This document shows, one piece after another, positions 17,564-27,758 of a stretch of 49,475 bases of DNA. The DNA is from an uncultured Candidatus Bathyarchaeia archaeon (GTDB taxonomy: Archaea > Thermoproteota > Bathyarchaeia > RBG-16-48-13 > CAYPFQ01). Positions within the stretch are counted from its first letter, which is position 1, and each line of letters opens with the position of its first letter. The DNA is taken from NCBI GenBank assembly GCA_964410135.1, contig CAYPFQ010000001.1, forward strand, positions 92,373 through 141,847, read 5' to 3'. The notes under the pieces were generated by a model, which saw nothing but the letters and a program-made list of their open reading frames with translations, made no database searches and was not told the DNA's origin. The translations under genes and the position numbers were made by a program.

Positions 17564-20500
17564 TTAAATTTCTTTATTCCAAGGCGAGTTGGCTATGAGT
17601 TCGTTTAGGGATCGGGCGTGGATGGTGGTGAAGCCGTTTTCTTCGAGGGCGTTGGTAAGTGCGACTGCGGTTTCCATTCTGGTCAAGACTGGTATGAGGA
17701 ATTCAGTAGCAGCTCTGCGTATAATGTAACCGTCGTCTACGGTCTCTCTGCTCGTTACTGAAGGGGTGTTTATGATCATTCCGATTTTGCGGTTGATGAT
17801 GTAATCGACGATGTTGCCTTTGCCTTCTCGGATTTTTTTGAGGACCTTTATGTCTTTTATTTTGGCTTTTTGTAGGATTTGGGCTGTGCCTTTTGTGGCG
17901 TAGATGGGATAGCCTATTTTGCGGAGTTTGCGGGCTACGTCCACCGCGTAGATCTGGTCTTCGTCTCTTACGGTTAGCAGGACTGGCTCTTTGGGGGTTG
18001 GTACGGTTAGTCCAGATGCCATCAGGGCTTTGATGAGCGCACCTGCGAAGCTGTAGTCAATGCATGCCACTTCGCCGGTTGAGGTCATTTCTACGCCTAG
18101 TACTGGGTCAGCGCCTTTCAGTCTTACAAATGAGAACATTGGGGATTTTACTGCCACATGGAGTAGATGGGGCTTTTTGAGGGCGTGGAGTTCGCGTAGG
18201 GTTTTGTTTAGCATAACTTTGGCTGCCAGTCGGATTAGAGGGACGCCAACCCCCTTGCTGGTGTAGGGCATGCTGCGGCTGGCGCGTAGGTTGAGTTCAA
18301 TTATGTAGACTAGGTCGTTTTTGACGAGGAATTGGATGTTGAAGGGGCCCCGGATTGCGAGTGCATGTGCTACCCGTTCTGTGTAGTCTTCAATTGTGGA
18401 GAGGGCTTCTAGGCTTATGGTTTGAGGTGGAATAACCATCGTAGCATCGCCACTGTGGGTGCCAGCTAGTTCCACATGTTCAATGATTGCGCCGATGAGT
18501 ACGTCTCGTCCGTCGCCGACTGCGTCTACTTCTACTTCTTTCGTGTTTTCCATGAATTTGCTGATGACGACCGGGTGTTCTGGCGAGACTTTGGTGGCGA
18601 GTTTGATGTAATCGAGTAGTTCTTGTTCATTGCGGGCGACTCGCATAGCTGCGCCTGACAAAACGTAGGAGGGGCGGACGATGACGGGATAGCCTATCTT
18701 TCCTGCGAAGGCGGTGATGTCTTTGAGTGAGGTTTGTTTGCTCCAGGGCGGTTGTGGAATACCAAGCCTATCCAGTAGGGCGCTGAATTTGGAGCGATCT
18801 TCGGCGCGGTCAATGCTCTCGGCACTTGTGCCCAGCAGTCTTACGCCATACATTGCTAGTGGGAGGGCGAGGTTGTTGGGGGTTTGACCTCCTACACTGA
18901 CCACGACCCCCATCGGTTTCTCCTTGTCCACGATATCGAGTACGCGTTCTAAGGTCATTTCTTCGAAGTAGAGCTTGTCGGACATGTCGTAGTCGGTTGA
19001 GACGGTTTCGGGGTTGTTATTCATGACTATGACTTCATCAATGCCTTCTTCTTTCATTGACCAGGCTGTATTCATTGTGCAGTAGTCAAATTCTACGCTG
19101 CTCCCGATACGGATGCATCCGGCGCCGAGTACCAAGACTTTGCGTTTTCCCTTATTGAAGTCAATGTCATCCTCTTGGTCTCCATATGTCACATAACAGT
19201 AGTTTGTTTTTGAAGCCCACTCTGCAGCCATCGTGTCCACGATCTTGAAGGCTGGTACAATTTGGTTTTTCTTTCTGAAGCCTCTCACAATTTCTTCGTC
19301 TATGCCCATATAGCGGGCGATCTGCTTATCTGAGAAGCCGAGTCTCTTCGCCTCAGTAATAACTTGAACTAATTTCTCTCTCTGGTCGTCTAGTGAAAGT
19401 TTGCTGAGTTTAGCTTCTATGTCTACTATGTTTTTGATCTTGTATAGGAACCATGGATCTATTCCAGAGAGTTTGTAGATTTCTTGAATCGATAATCCTG
19501 CTTTTATTGCCTTAGGAATCTTATACAACCGCTCATCTGTTGGGTTGTGCATTTCTTCTCGCAGTTTTTCTATCGGTTCTGGCTCATCATCTTCGGGATT
19601 CCCTACAAGCCCGATTTTTCCAATTTCAAGTTCCCTAACCGCTTTCTGTAAGCCTTCTTCAAATGAGCGTGAGATTGACATAACTTCCCCGACCGACTTC
19701 ATTTGGGGGCCGACTCTTCTGTCAACCGGACCTGGGAACTTCTGGAAGTCCCATCTCGGAATTTTTGTTACTATATAGTCGAGGGCAGGTTCGAAGCAGG
19801 CGGTGGTGATACCTGTGACCTTGTTGATTAATTCGGGTAGGGTATAGCCGATTGCGAGTTTGGCGGCTATGTAGGCAAGCGGGTAGCCTGTGGCTTTAGA
19901 TGCCAATGCGCTTGATCTTGACATTCTAGCGTTGACTTCAATTGCCACATACTCTTCACTAGATGGATCTAAGCCGAATTGAATGTTGCATTCGCCGATC
20001 ACTTTTAATGCTCTGATTACTCGAATAGAGGCGCTTCTGAGAATTTGATATTCTTTGTTGGTGAGTGTTTGGATTGGGGCGATGACTATGCTGTCGCCTG
20101 TGTGAATGCCCAGTGGGTCTAGGTTTTCCAGTCCGGCTACTGTTATTGTGTTGTCTTGGTAGTCCCGCATGACTTCATATTCGACTTCCTTCCAGTGTTC
20201 GAGGTATTGTTCAACTAACACTTGATGTTCCATGCTGAGGGGTAGAGCTCTGCCAGCTATATCTCTAAGTTGCTCTGGGTTATACGCTACTCCCGAGCCT
20301 CCACCGCCTAGCACATAAGCGGTCCGTACTATTACCGGATACCCGATGTGCTTTCCAATCCGCAATGCTTCCTCAACACTATAAACCGCCTTGCTCTTTG
20401 GAACAGGGACCTGCGCCTCCTCCATGGCCTTCTTAAACAAGTCTCTGTCCTCAGTCTTCATGATTGTGTCAATCGAGGTTCCGAGAACCTGGACTCCTTC

Positions 20501-20830
20501 TTTCTTAAACACACCCATCCTATCGAGCTGGACGCCTACATTCAGGCCAGTTTGTCCACCAAAGCCCAGCAAGATGCCGTCTGGTTTTTCACGTCTAATT
20601 ATCTGGGCTACCACCTCAGGTGTAGCTGGTTCAAGATAGACCTTGTCCGCCATCTTCAGGCTGGTCTGGATGGTTGCGATATTGGGGTTAACTAGTATTG
20701 TCTGGATGCCCTCTTCTCGCATAGCCTTGAGGGCTTGGCTTCCGCTATAGTCGAATTCCGCTGCTTGGCCTATAACGATCCCGCCGCTTCCGATTATCAG
20801 CACCTTTTTAATGTCTTTTAACTTAGGCAT
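17564..20830 (-). CDS. carB: Carbamoyl-phosphate synthase large subunit
   Basis: IGQAAEFDYSG, duplicated ATP-grasp, NNNPETVSTDYD, C-terminal MGS domain. Confidence 0.97.
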   Translation of the reverse strand: MPKLKDIKKVLIIGSGGIVIGQAAEFDYSGSQALKAMREEGIQTILVNPNIATIQTSLKMADKVYLEPATPEVVAQIIRREKPDGILLGFGGQTGLNVGVQLDRMGVFKKEGVQVLGTSIDTIMKTEDRDLFKKAMEEAQVPVPKSKAVYSVEEALRIGKHIGYPVIVRTAYVLGGGGSGVAYNPEQLRDIAGRALPLSMEHQVLVEQYLEHWKEVEYEVMRDYQDNTITVAGLENLDPLGIHTGDSIVIAPIQTLTNKEYQILRSASIRVIRALKVIGECNIQFGLDPSSEEYVAIEVNARMSRSSALASKATGYPLAYIAAKLAIGYTLPELINKVTGITTACFEPALDYIVTKIPRWDFQKFPGPVDRRVGPQMKSVGEVMSISRSFEEGLQKAVRELEIGKIGLVGNPEDDEPEPIEKLREEMHNPTDERLYKIPKAIKAGLSIQEIYKLSGIDPWFLYKIKNIVDIEAKLSKLSLDDQREKLVQVITEAKRLGFSDKQIARYMGIDEEIVRGFRKKNQIVPAFKIVDTMAAEWASKTNYCYVTYGDQEDDIDFNKGKRKVLVLGAGCIRIGSSVEFDYCTMNTAWSMKEEGIDEVIVMNNNPETVSTDYDMSDKLYFEEMTLERVLDIVDKEKPMGVVVSVGGQTPNNLALPLAMYGVRLLGTSAESIDRAEDRSKFSALLDRLGIPQPPWSKQTSLKDITAFAGKIGYPVIVRPSYVLSGAAMRVARNEQELLDYIKLATKVSPEHPVVISKFMENTKEVEVDAVGDGRDVLIGAIIEHVELAGTHSGDATMVIPPQTISLEALSTIEDYTERVAHALAIRGPFNIQFLVKNDLVYIIELNLRASRSMPYTSKGVGVPLIRLAAKVMLNKTLRELHALKKPHLLHVAVKSPMFSFVRLKGADPVLGVEMTSTGEVACIDYSFAGALIKALMASGLTVPTPKEPVLLTVRDEDQIYAVDVARKLRKIGYPIYATKGTAQILQKAKIKDIKVLKKIREGKGNIVDYIINRKIGMIINTPSVTSRETVDDGYIIRRAATEFLIPVLTRMETAVALTNALEENGFTTIHARSLNELIANSPWNKEI

Positions 20831-20835
20831 CTCAC

Positions 20836-21969
20836 TTACCTCTGCGCATATTTTTCCAAGTTCTTGAGGAATAGGTCGAAGAGGAATTCGGTGTCATGGG
20901 GTCCTGGGGAGGCTTCTGGGTGGAATTGGATGGCGAATATTGGCTTCTTGGTGTGGGCGACGCCTTCAACGGTCTTGTCGTTGGCGTTTATGTACGTAAC
21001 TTTCAGTCCAGTTCCTTTTAGCGACTCTTCCTTCACAGCGTATCCGTGATTTTGGCTTGTGATATAGCAACGCCCTGTCTTCAATTCGATAACTGGATGA
21101 TTTTGTCCTCTGTGTCCAAATTTCAGTTTGTAAGTGTCTCCGCCGAACGCCAGCGTAATCATCTGGCCTCCGAAGCAGATTCCCATGATCGGAATGTCTG
21201 TTTGGATAAATTCTTTTACTGTCTTTACAAGGTAGGGTGCCATCTTAGGATCTCCAGGTCCACTTGGTAGAAGAATTCCGCTGGGCTTAATTTCTAATAC
21301 TCTGTCTGCGGGTGTGGTAGGGGGAACCAGTGTAACGTTTATTTTTCTGTTCAGCAGGTTGGTGATGATGGATTTCTTTACTCCAGAATCTAATATGACT
21401 ACGTGGTGGGAGCCTTTCACATCAAATTCTTTAACCATTTTTGTTGCGACTTCGGATACCAGGTCAGTTTTGTTAGGGTCGGGAATTTGTTTTGCTTCTT
21501 TCAGTAGTTTGTTAAAGTCAGGGGCATCTCCGTTCTCATATACCCATAATATTCCTAGCATTGCGCCGTAGGTTCGAATTTTCTTAGTAAGCATCCTAGT
21601 GTCCACGTGTTCTATGCCTGGGACTCCTGAGCCCTCCAACCACTCGTCTAGAGTCATTTTAGAGGACCAGTGGCTTGGCTCTCTACATAGGTCCCGGATT
21701 ATGTAGCCCCGAATTTTGGGGCTGTCTGATTCAAAGTGTTCTGGATAGACGCCATAATTTCCCATAATTGGATAAGTCTGCATCAAAATTTGCCCGTTGT
21801 ACGAGGGATCCGTTATCGCCTCGGGATAACCAGTCATGCCAGTGTTGAAGGCGACTTCGCCAGAAACTTTCTTTACAGCCCCGAACCCAATGCCAGTGAC
21901 TATGGTTCCGTCGGCAAGAGCAAGTACTGCTTTTTTGTCGAATTTATCTGGGGCTTTTCTTTTAGGCAA
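20836..21969 (-). CDS. carA: Carbamoyl-phosphate synthase small subunit
   Basis: FNTGMTGY, GPGDP, GICFG, SQNHGY, QFHPEA. Confidence 0.97.
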   Translation of the reverse strand: MPKRKAPDKFDKKAVLALADGTIVTGIGFGAVKKVSGEVAFNTGMTGYPEAITDPSYNGQILMQTYPIMGNYGVYPEHFESDSPKIRGYIIRDLCREPSHWSSKMTLDEWLEGSGVPGIEHVDTRMLTKKIRTYGAMLGILWVYENGDAPDFNKLLKEAKQIPDPNKTDLVSEVATKMVKEFDVKGSHHVVILDSGVKKSIITNLLNRKINVTLVPPTTPADRVLEIKPSGILLPSGPGDPKMAPYLVKTVKEFIQTDIPIMGICFGGQMITLAFGGDTYKLKFGHRGQNHPVIELKTGRCYITSQNHGYAVKEESLKGTGLKVTYINANDKTVEGVAHTKKPIFAIQFHPEASPGPHDTEFLFDLFLKNLEKYAQR

Positions 21970-22003
21970 CGAACCCTTCGCAAATTAATTTCACAAGTTG
22001 CAT

Positions 22004-23491
22004 TTAAATTTTTCCAGCTTCTCTATAGACTTCTTGTATAGCTTCAGCTAGCTTCTGGTCTGCGTTTCGAATAGCGATTTTCTTTTCCTTGCACCATTTA
22101 TCGTCCCGCAAGGTTTGCGCGGCTCTCTTCTTAACCATTCTTGAGACTTCTGCAGGGGCAGGTCCACCAATCACGTTTCTTGCACTAACACTTTTCAGAG
22201 GATCCGTGATTGCTGCGAGGATTTTTTGGCTTATCGAAACCTTCTTGCCAATATTTTCGTTCACGATTTTAACCAGCATTTCGGGTGTGAGATGCTCTAA
22301 TGCTTTACCCTCTGCTATTAATCTTCTAACCAATCTGCCCACTATCTGATGAGCGATTCTAAAAGGAATATTTAATTCTCTTACAAGAATGTCAGCTAGG
22401 TCAGTAGCTGTAGAAAAATCATTTATTACTAATTCGAGCATGCGGTCTGTTTTGAATTTCACCTTGGATAGGAGGGCGGTCATAATTTTTATCGAGGAAA
22501 GCGTGATCTGGCATGAATTCCATATATGCGGCGTTACCTCTTGCAAGTCTATGTTATAGCTGAGCGGTAACCCTCGTGTCATATTCAAGGCTGTGAACAA
22601 ATCTCCCTGAACCCGCTTAGCCTTTGCGCGCATCAACTCGAGTACAACCGGGTTCTTCTTCTGCGGCATAATGCTACTCGTGGAAGAGAACTCATCAGGA
22701 ATCTCAACTATGTTGAATTCAATGGTGCTCCAGAGGATCAGCTCCTCAGCCATGCGGCTAAGATCGTTCATGGTCAGGGCTAAGTCAGATAATGTCTTAA
22801 CTGCGAAGTCGCGGGCGCTTACAGCGTCCATTGAATGCTCCATTAACCCTTGAAAACCCAGCAAATCTGCTACCCGCTTGCGGTTAATCTTAAAGCTGGT
22901 TGTTGCTAGTGCCACTGCACCCATCGGGCTTATGTTCATATCGCAATACGCGTCCATTAGTCTTAAAATGTCTCGTTCGAATGCGTCATAGTAGGCGAGG
23001 AGATGATGCGCTAGGGTAACTGGCTGTGCGTGTTGAAGGTGGGTGTAGCCAGGCATTATGGTTGTCAAATATTTCTGGGCGCGGGCTAGGATAACTCGTT
23101 GTAGCCGGGTTAGGGCGGTGATAATTTCTATGGTATAGCTCCGTAGAGCCACTCGGATTGCGGCTGAAACTTGGTCATTGCGGCTTTTTCCAGTATGCAG
23201 TTTGCCTCCAACTGCTTCTCCTAGTTCTTCGATCACTTTAGCTTCAATGTTCATGTGCACGTCTTCTAGTTGGGGATCCAGCTTCATTTTTGGGTCGAGT
23301 TTGGCTAGAGCTTTGAGGATTAGGCTACCTTCTTTGGGGTTTATGATGCCCTCTTCAGCAAGCATCACTACATGGGCTTCATTTATTTTTATCACTGGCT
23401 CAACGATGTGCACATCACTTTCGATGGAAGAGGTGTACTCTGCCACATCGGATGGCTGTGGCCCCAGCCTTCCTCTTCTCAAAATAGTCAC
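22004..23491 (-). CDS. argH: Argininosuccinate lyase
   Basis: GKSRNDQ, MPGYTHLQHAQP, SSIMPQKKNP. GTG 23491 with GAGG RBS preferred over track start 23569. Confidence 0.95.
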   Translation of the reverse strand: MTILRRGRLGPQPSDVAEYTSSIESDVHIVEPVIKINEAHVVMLAEEGIINPKEGSLILKALAKLDPKMKLDPQLEDVHMNIEAKVIEELGEAVGGKLHTGKSRNDQVSAAIRVALRSYTIEIITALTRLQRVILARAQKYLTTIMPGYTHLQHAQPVTLAHHLLAYYDAFERDILRLMDAYCDMNISPMGAVALATTSFKINRKRVADLLGFQGLMEHSMDAVSARDFAVKTLSDLALTMNDLSRMAEELILWSTIEFNIVEIPDEFSSTSSIMPQKKNPVVLELMRAKAKRVQGDLFTALNMTRGLPLSYNIDLQEVTPHIWNSCQITLSSIKIMTALLSKVKFKTDRMLELVINDFSTATDLADILVRELNIPFRIAHQIVGRLVRRLIAEGKALEHLTPEMLVKIVNENIGKKVSISQKILAAITDPLKSVSARNVIGGPAPAEVSRMVKKRAAQTLRDDKWCKEKKIAIRNADQKLAEAIQEVYREAGKI

Positions 23492-23505
23492 AGGTGAAGC
23501 CTCGA

Positions 23506-24729
23506 TTATTTTGCCGCTTTCTTTTTCTTCATTTGGAGTTGGCGTGCTACCCTGCTCGGGAGCCCCCATAAATCGACGAAGCCGCTGGAGGACGACTCGT
23601 CGAATGTGGATTTAATGTCGTATCTCGCTAAATTATAATCGTAAAGCGAGTAGGGTGACGACCTGCCGACTACCGTGGCTCTGCCCTTATAGAGTTTCAG
23701 TTTGACTTTTCCCTCGACTCTTTCTTGTGTAGCATTGATGAACGCCTCTAGATCTTCACGTAACGGATCCATCCACAATCCAGTATAGGCTAGGAATGTC
23801 CATTGCTGGTCAACATGAGATTTGAACGTGAGTTCGTGGCGAGTTAGCACAGTTTTCTCAAGATCTTTATGTGCTTCGAGGATGCAAGTAGCTGCGGGGC
23901 ACTCGTAGATTTCTCTTGATTTTATGCCGACAAGCCGGTCTTCCATGTGGTCAATGCGACCGATTCCATGCTTTCCAGCCATCATGTTAAGCGTCTGTAT
24001 GAGCTTTGCGCCGCTCATCAATTTGCCTTCTAATGCAACTGGCACCCCGTCTTTAAATTCGATCGCCACATATTCTGGTTTAGCTGGAGCTTTTTCAGGG
24101 GCAATTGTCCACTCAAAAGCATCTTCTGGCGGCTCTTTTTCTGGAAAGTCTAGAGGACCGCATTCTACCGACCGTCCCCAGAGGTTTTGATCGATGCTGT
24201 AAGGATTGCGTTTAACAGGGATTGGTATCCCGTATTTTTTCGCGTAGGCGATGACCTTGTCTCTTGACCAGCTCCAGTCCCGCATTGGAGCTATGATTTT
24301 GAGGTGGGGAGCCAATGCCCTGATGGTCACCTCGAATCTGACTTGGTCGTTTCCCTTCCCAGTACAACCGTGCGCAACAGTACTCGCGCCCTCCTTTTTT
24401 GCTACTTCAACTAATTTGGAGGCGATAAGCGGTCTCGATAAGGCGCTACTAATCGGATATTTTTCTTCGTAGAGTGCGTTCGCCATAATTGCTGGAAAAA
24501 CATAGTTTTTGACAAACTCATCTCTCAAATCTAGCGAGTAATGTTTTAATACACCCAAATGCTCCGCTTTCTCAGCTATCTTACTCAAATCCTCATTTTG
24601 ACCTAACTCGGCGGTGAGAGTTACCACTCCATACTTTTCCTGAAGTAGTTTGATCGCTACTGTAGTATCTACCCCGCCAGAATAAGCTAGTACAATTTTC
24701 TCCATCTTACTCATCCTTGCTTGAATCAT
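23506..24729 (-). CDS. argG: Argininosuccinate synthase
   Basis: LAYSGGVDT, HGCTGKGNDQVRF, SIDQNLWGRS, KSREIYECP. True start may be a few codons downstream. Confidence 0.97.
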   Translation of the reverse strand: MIQARMSKMEKIVLAYSGGVDTTVAIKLLQEKYGVVTLTAELGQNEDLSKIAEKAEHLGVLKHYSLDLRDEFVKNYVFPAIMANALYEEKYPISSALSRPLIASKLVEVAKKEGASTVAHGCTGKGNDQVRFEVTIRALAPHLKIIAPMRDWSWSRDKVIAYAKKYGIPIPVKRNPYSIDQNLWGRSVECGPLDFPEKEPPEDAFEWTIAPEKAPAKPEYVAIEFKDGVPVALEGKLMSGAKLIQTLNMMAGKHGIGRIDHMEDRLVGIKSREIYECPAATCILEAHKDLEKTVLTRHELTFKSHVDQQWTFLAYTGLWMDPLREDLEAFINATQERVEGKVKLKLYKGRATVVGRSSPYSLYDYNLARYDIKSTFDESSSSGFVDLWGLPSRVARQLQMKKKKAAK

Positions 24730-24862
24730 TAATTTATGCTCATCACATAGTAGGCTCTTCTAATTTTTAAAACCATTTTATTAAGGCATCTGCGACCTAG
24801 TTGAAAAAGAATATTAAGAAATGCCTCAGTTATCCCTTCGTTAGAACATAGGGTGTTCACGT

Positions 24863-25093
24863 TTGGCAAAAGTTGTAGCATTTGTATTGATTGTTGCCGA
24901 CATCGGCAAAGAGCATGACATCATCTCTCAGTTGAAGAAGATCAAGGGTGTAATCGAACCGCGCACGGTTTACGGCGAATTCGATGTAATCGCGAGGATC
25001 GAAACCGATGATATGCACTCCTTAGATGAAGTCGTTACAAAAGTCCGGAAGATCAGCAGCGTAATCCGAACAGTCACACTGATTTCGTCCTAA
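24863..25093 (+). CDS. Stand-alone Lrp/AsnC ligand-binding (RAM) domain protein
   Basis: 76 aa, VYGEFDVIARIE...VIRTVTLI, no HTH. Confidence 0.85.
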   Translation: MAKVVAFVLIVADIGKEHDIISQLKKIKGVIEPRTVYGEFDVIARIETDDMHSLDEVVTKVRKISSVIRTVTLISS

Positions 25094-25170
25094 CCACGCT
25101 AAATTCGGTAAGATTATAAAACACTCTGATACTGTCATTCCGTATTGTTTAGTTCTTTGGTGGGTAAGCC

Positions 25171-25962
25171 ATGACGCTGTTGGAAATAGACGCTCTACAT
25201 GTAAACATCGGAGCTAAGGAGATTCTGAAAGGCATTAACTTAGATGTAGATGCGGGTGAAACCCATGTGTTGCTTGGACCTAACGCCTCAGGCAAAACCA
25301 CCTTAATCATGACCCTAGTGGGGTATCCGCTCTATAAGATAACAAAGGGCTCAATCAGATTCAACGGCACCGAAATCAATAAAAAACCAATCAATGAGCG
25401 AGCGAAACTAGGCATCTCAGTCGCATTTCAAACTCCTCCCGAAATCCGAGGCGTCAAAATGCGTGACATCATCCGACTGTCAGCCGGGCTGGAACCCTGG
25501 AACCCATTCAAAGAACCTAAGGAAACTTTTGCCACTCCGCTTCTCTCAAATATTGGACTTGACCCCGATGTCTTCCGAGATAGAGATGTGAATGTAGGCT
25601 TTTCTGGAGGCGAGAAGAAACGCTCCGAAATCGCCCAAGTATTCGCTATGAAACCTAAGCTAATGATCCTCGACGAACCCGACTCTGGAGTGGACATTGA
25701 CTCGCTAAAGCGGATTGGAACTGCGGTCAGTAAATATGCTAAAGAGAATAATTGCGCGGTCATCGTTGTTACGCATTACCGGCACATTCTGCCCTATATT
25801 AAGCCAGATGTAGCCCATCTAATGTGCGGCGGAATTATAGTCGTAACTGGAGACCCATATGAAATCTTCTCGAAAATCGAGGAGAAAGGCTACTGCGCAT
25901 ACGTGGATGTCTGTCCCCCAGCAGTCAAAGCTCTTCTGGAGAAAACAGGTGATCAGCGCTAA
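25171..25962 (+). CDS. sufC: SufC-like Fe-S assembly ATPase (SmsC type)
   Basis: GPNASGKT, FSGGEKKRSE, LDEPDSGVD; TTATAAAA at 25114-25121 upstream. Confidence 0.92.
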   Translation: MTLLEIDALHVNIGAKEILKGINLDVDAGETHVLLGPNASGKTTLIMTLVGYPLYKITKGSIRFNGTEINKKPINERAKLGISVAFQTPPEIRGVKMRDIIRLSAGLEPWNPFKEPKETFATPLLSNIGLDPDVFRDRDVNVGFSGGEKKRSEIAQVFAMKPKLMILDEPDSGVDIDSLKRIGTAVSKYAKENNCAVIVVTHYRHILPYIKPDVAHLMCGGIIVVTGDPYEIFSKIEEKGYCAYVDVCPPAVKALLEKTGDQR

Positions 25963-27206
25963 TGCCCAAAATCCCTGAATGGCGACGCAAAATAATAGAA
26001 CGCGCCGAGAAGGTTAAAAACCAGCCAGCTAAAATCGGACCAGACATCGACCTAGAAGCATTCAACTCAGAGCTGCCTGAACAGAAATCAGTCTCCAATC
26101 CCGCTGAATTGCCAAGCACCGTCAAAAGCGGTGCTAATGTTGTTGGAATTGAACCCAGCGAGAAACTGAGGTCAGGTACATTCTTCCAGTATGACCATTC
26201 CGTAATGCTTGCACGTGCAATCAAAAGCTTTCCCGGCGTTGAAGTTATGAGCACAAGCGACGCTCTCAAAAAATATGATTGGCTCAAGGAGTATTGGTGG
26301 AAAACTGTTCCAGTCGACCAAGATAAGTATACAGCCATCGCAGAACTAAACCAGACTCACGGATACTTCATCAGAACCAAACCGGACACTCGGTTAACTC
26401 TACCGATTCAGGCATGTCTTTTCATAGGGACGCAAGGCGCTATGCAATGCCCACACAACCTCATCATAGCCGAAGAAAACTCAGAGCTTCATATCATCAC
26501 AGGCTGCACAACCCATCCCTCGGTAACAAGAGGACTACATGTTGGAATTTCAGAGTTCTACGTCAAAAAAGGCGCCACCATCACCTTCACAATGATACAC
26601 GGCTGGGCCCCAAATGTAGAAGTACGGCCAAGAACAGGAGCAATCATAGAGGAAAATGGCACATTCCTCAACAACTACATATGCTTCAAACCAGTCAAAA
26701 CACTCCAAATGTATCCGACCGCCTATTGCGAGGGAGAAAACTCCCGCGCCAGATACCATTCACTGCTTTACGGCTCTGAGGGATCGCTTTTAGATGTTGG
26801 GAATAGGGCGGTTTTAAGGGCGAAGGGCGCGCGATCTGAAGTTACAACCAGAGCCATAGCCAAAGATCATAGCCGTATAATTGCACGAGGCCATCTGGTT
26901 GGAGAGGCTCCAGAAACAAAGGCCCATCTTGACTGTCGGGGGCTACTGTTAAGCCCAAACGCCATAATCCATTCTATACCTGAGCTTGAAGCAAAAGTGG
27001 AGGGAACTGACATGTCACATGAGGCGGCTGTTGGAAAAATCCAAGAAGACCAACTTCTATACCTTATGGCACGCGGCTTAAGTGAGGAGCAGGCAACAGC
27101 CCTAATCGTCCGAGGCTTCTTGGATCCTGAAGTGCCCGGTCTCCCAGACCAGCTGAGGATGGAAGTGCGGAGAATAGTACAGTTAACAACTGAAAAAGCG
27201 CTTTAG
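25962..27206 (+). CDS. sufB: SufB/D-like scaffold (SmsB type)
   Basis: ELHIITGC, DCRGLLL, HEAAVGKI, YLMARGL; two-gene unit with sufC. Confidence 0.9.
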   Translation: MPKIPEWRRKIIERAEKVKNQPAKIGPDIDLEAFNSELPEQKSVSNPAELPSTVKSGANVVGIEPSEKLRSGTFFQYDHSVMLARAIKSFPGVEVMSTSDALKKYDWLKEYWWKTVPVDQDKYTAIAELNQTHGYFIRTKPDTRLTLPIQACLFIGTQGAMQCPHNLIIAEENSELHIITGCTTHPSVTRGLHVGISEFYVKKGATITFTMIHGWAPNVEVRPRTGAIIEENGTFLNNYICFKPVKTLQMYPTAYCEGENSRARYHSLLYGSEGSLLDVGNRAVLRAKGARSEVTTRAIAKDHSRIIARGHLVGEAPETKAHLDCRGLLLSPNAIIHSIPELEAKVEGTDMSHEAAVGKIQEDQLLYLMARGLSEEQATALIVRGFLDPEVPGLPDQLRMEVRRIVQLTTEKAL

Positions 27207-27219
27207 ACAATACGCATGT

Positions 27220-27669
27220 CTATTTCCGCTTTTTCTCAGAGACCCAGTAAGCCCCTTTATCGGTTACCTCTTTCTTCCAGATGGCTACTTCTTTCTTTAA
27301 TCGATCCATTGCTTCTTGGAGCGCCGCAAACACCTCTTTCCTATGCTCAGCCGCAGCCACAAGATAGAGAATATCTTCTCCAACCTCGACACAGCCCGCA
27401 ACATGATAGAACATTAGGTCGACGAGCTTGTACTTCTCTATGAGCTCGTCTCGGATTCTCTCCAATTGCTTAATGGCAACATTACGGTAGGTCTCGTACT
27501 CAAGAAACTTCACCTTCTCGCCTTTAGGACTTGTTCCTCGCACTATCCCAATAAAAGCGCCAATTGCCCCGGCATTCTTAATTTGAGGGTTTTTGCGAAT
27601 TTCTTCAAGTATCTCATCAAGGCACATTTCGCCCTTTTTGAAAATGCCAACCTTCTTCACAGTAGCCAC
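27220..27669 (-). CDS. moaE: Molybdopterin synthase catalytic subunit
   Basis: GAIGAFIGIVR, LEYETY, HRKEVF, IWKKE. Confidence 0.9.
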   Translation of the reverse strand: MATVKKVGIFKKGEMCLDEILEEIRKNPQIKNAGAIGAFIGIVRGTSPKGEKVKFLEYETYRNVAIKQLERIRDELIEKYKLVDLMFYHVAGCVEVGEDILYLVAAAEHRKEVFAALQEAMDRLKKEVAIWKKEVTDKGAYWVSEKKRK

Positions 27670-27758
27670 TCCGAGACCAAGGATAGCCGATAACCTCTTT
27701 CAATCACAGAGGTTAAACATTTACCCTATTACTTACAATAAATTGTGCGGTATAAATC

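Noticed and set aside
24729-24776. Minus-strand uORF MVLKIRRAYYVMSIN* whose stop overlaps the first argG ATG
   Set aside because: Its ATG lies upstream of the likely TATA box (TTTTAAAA, about 24763-24770), so it is probably not in the transcript. Worth rechecking only if TSS data disagree.
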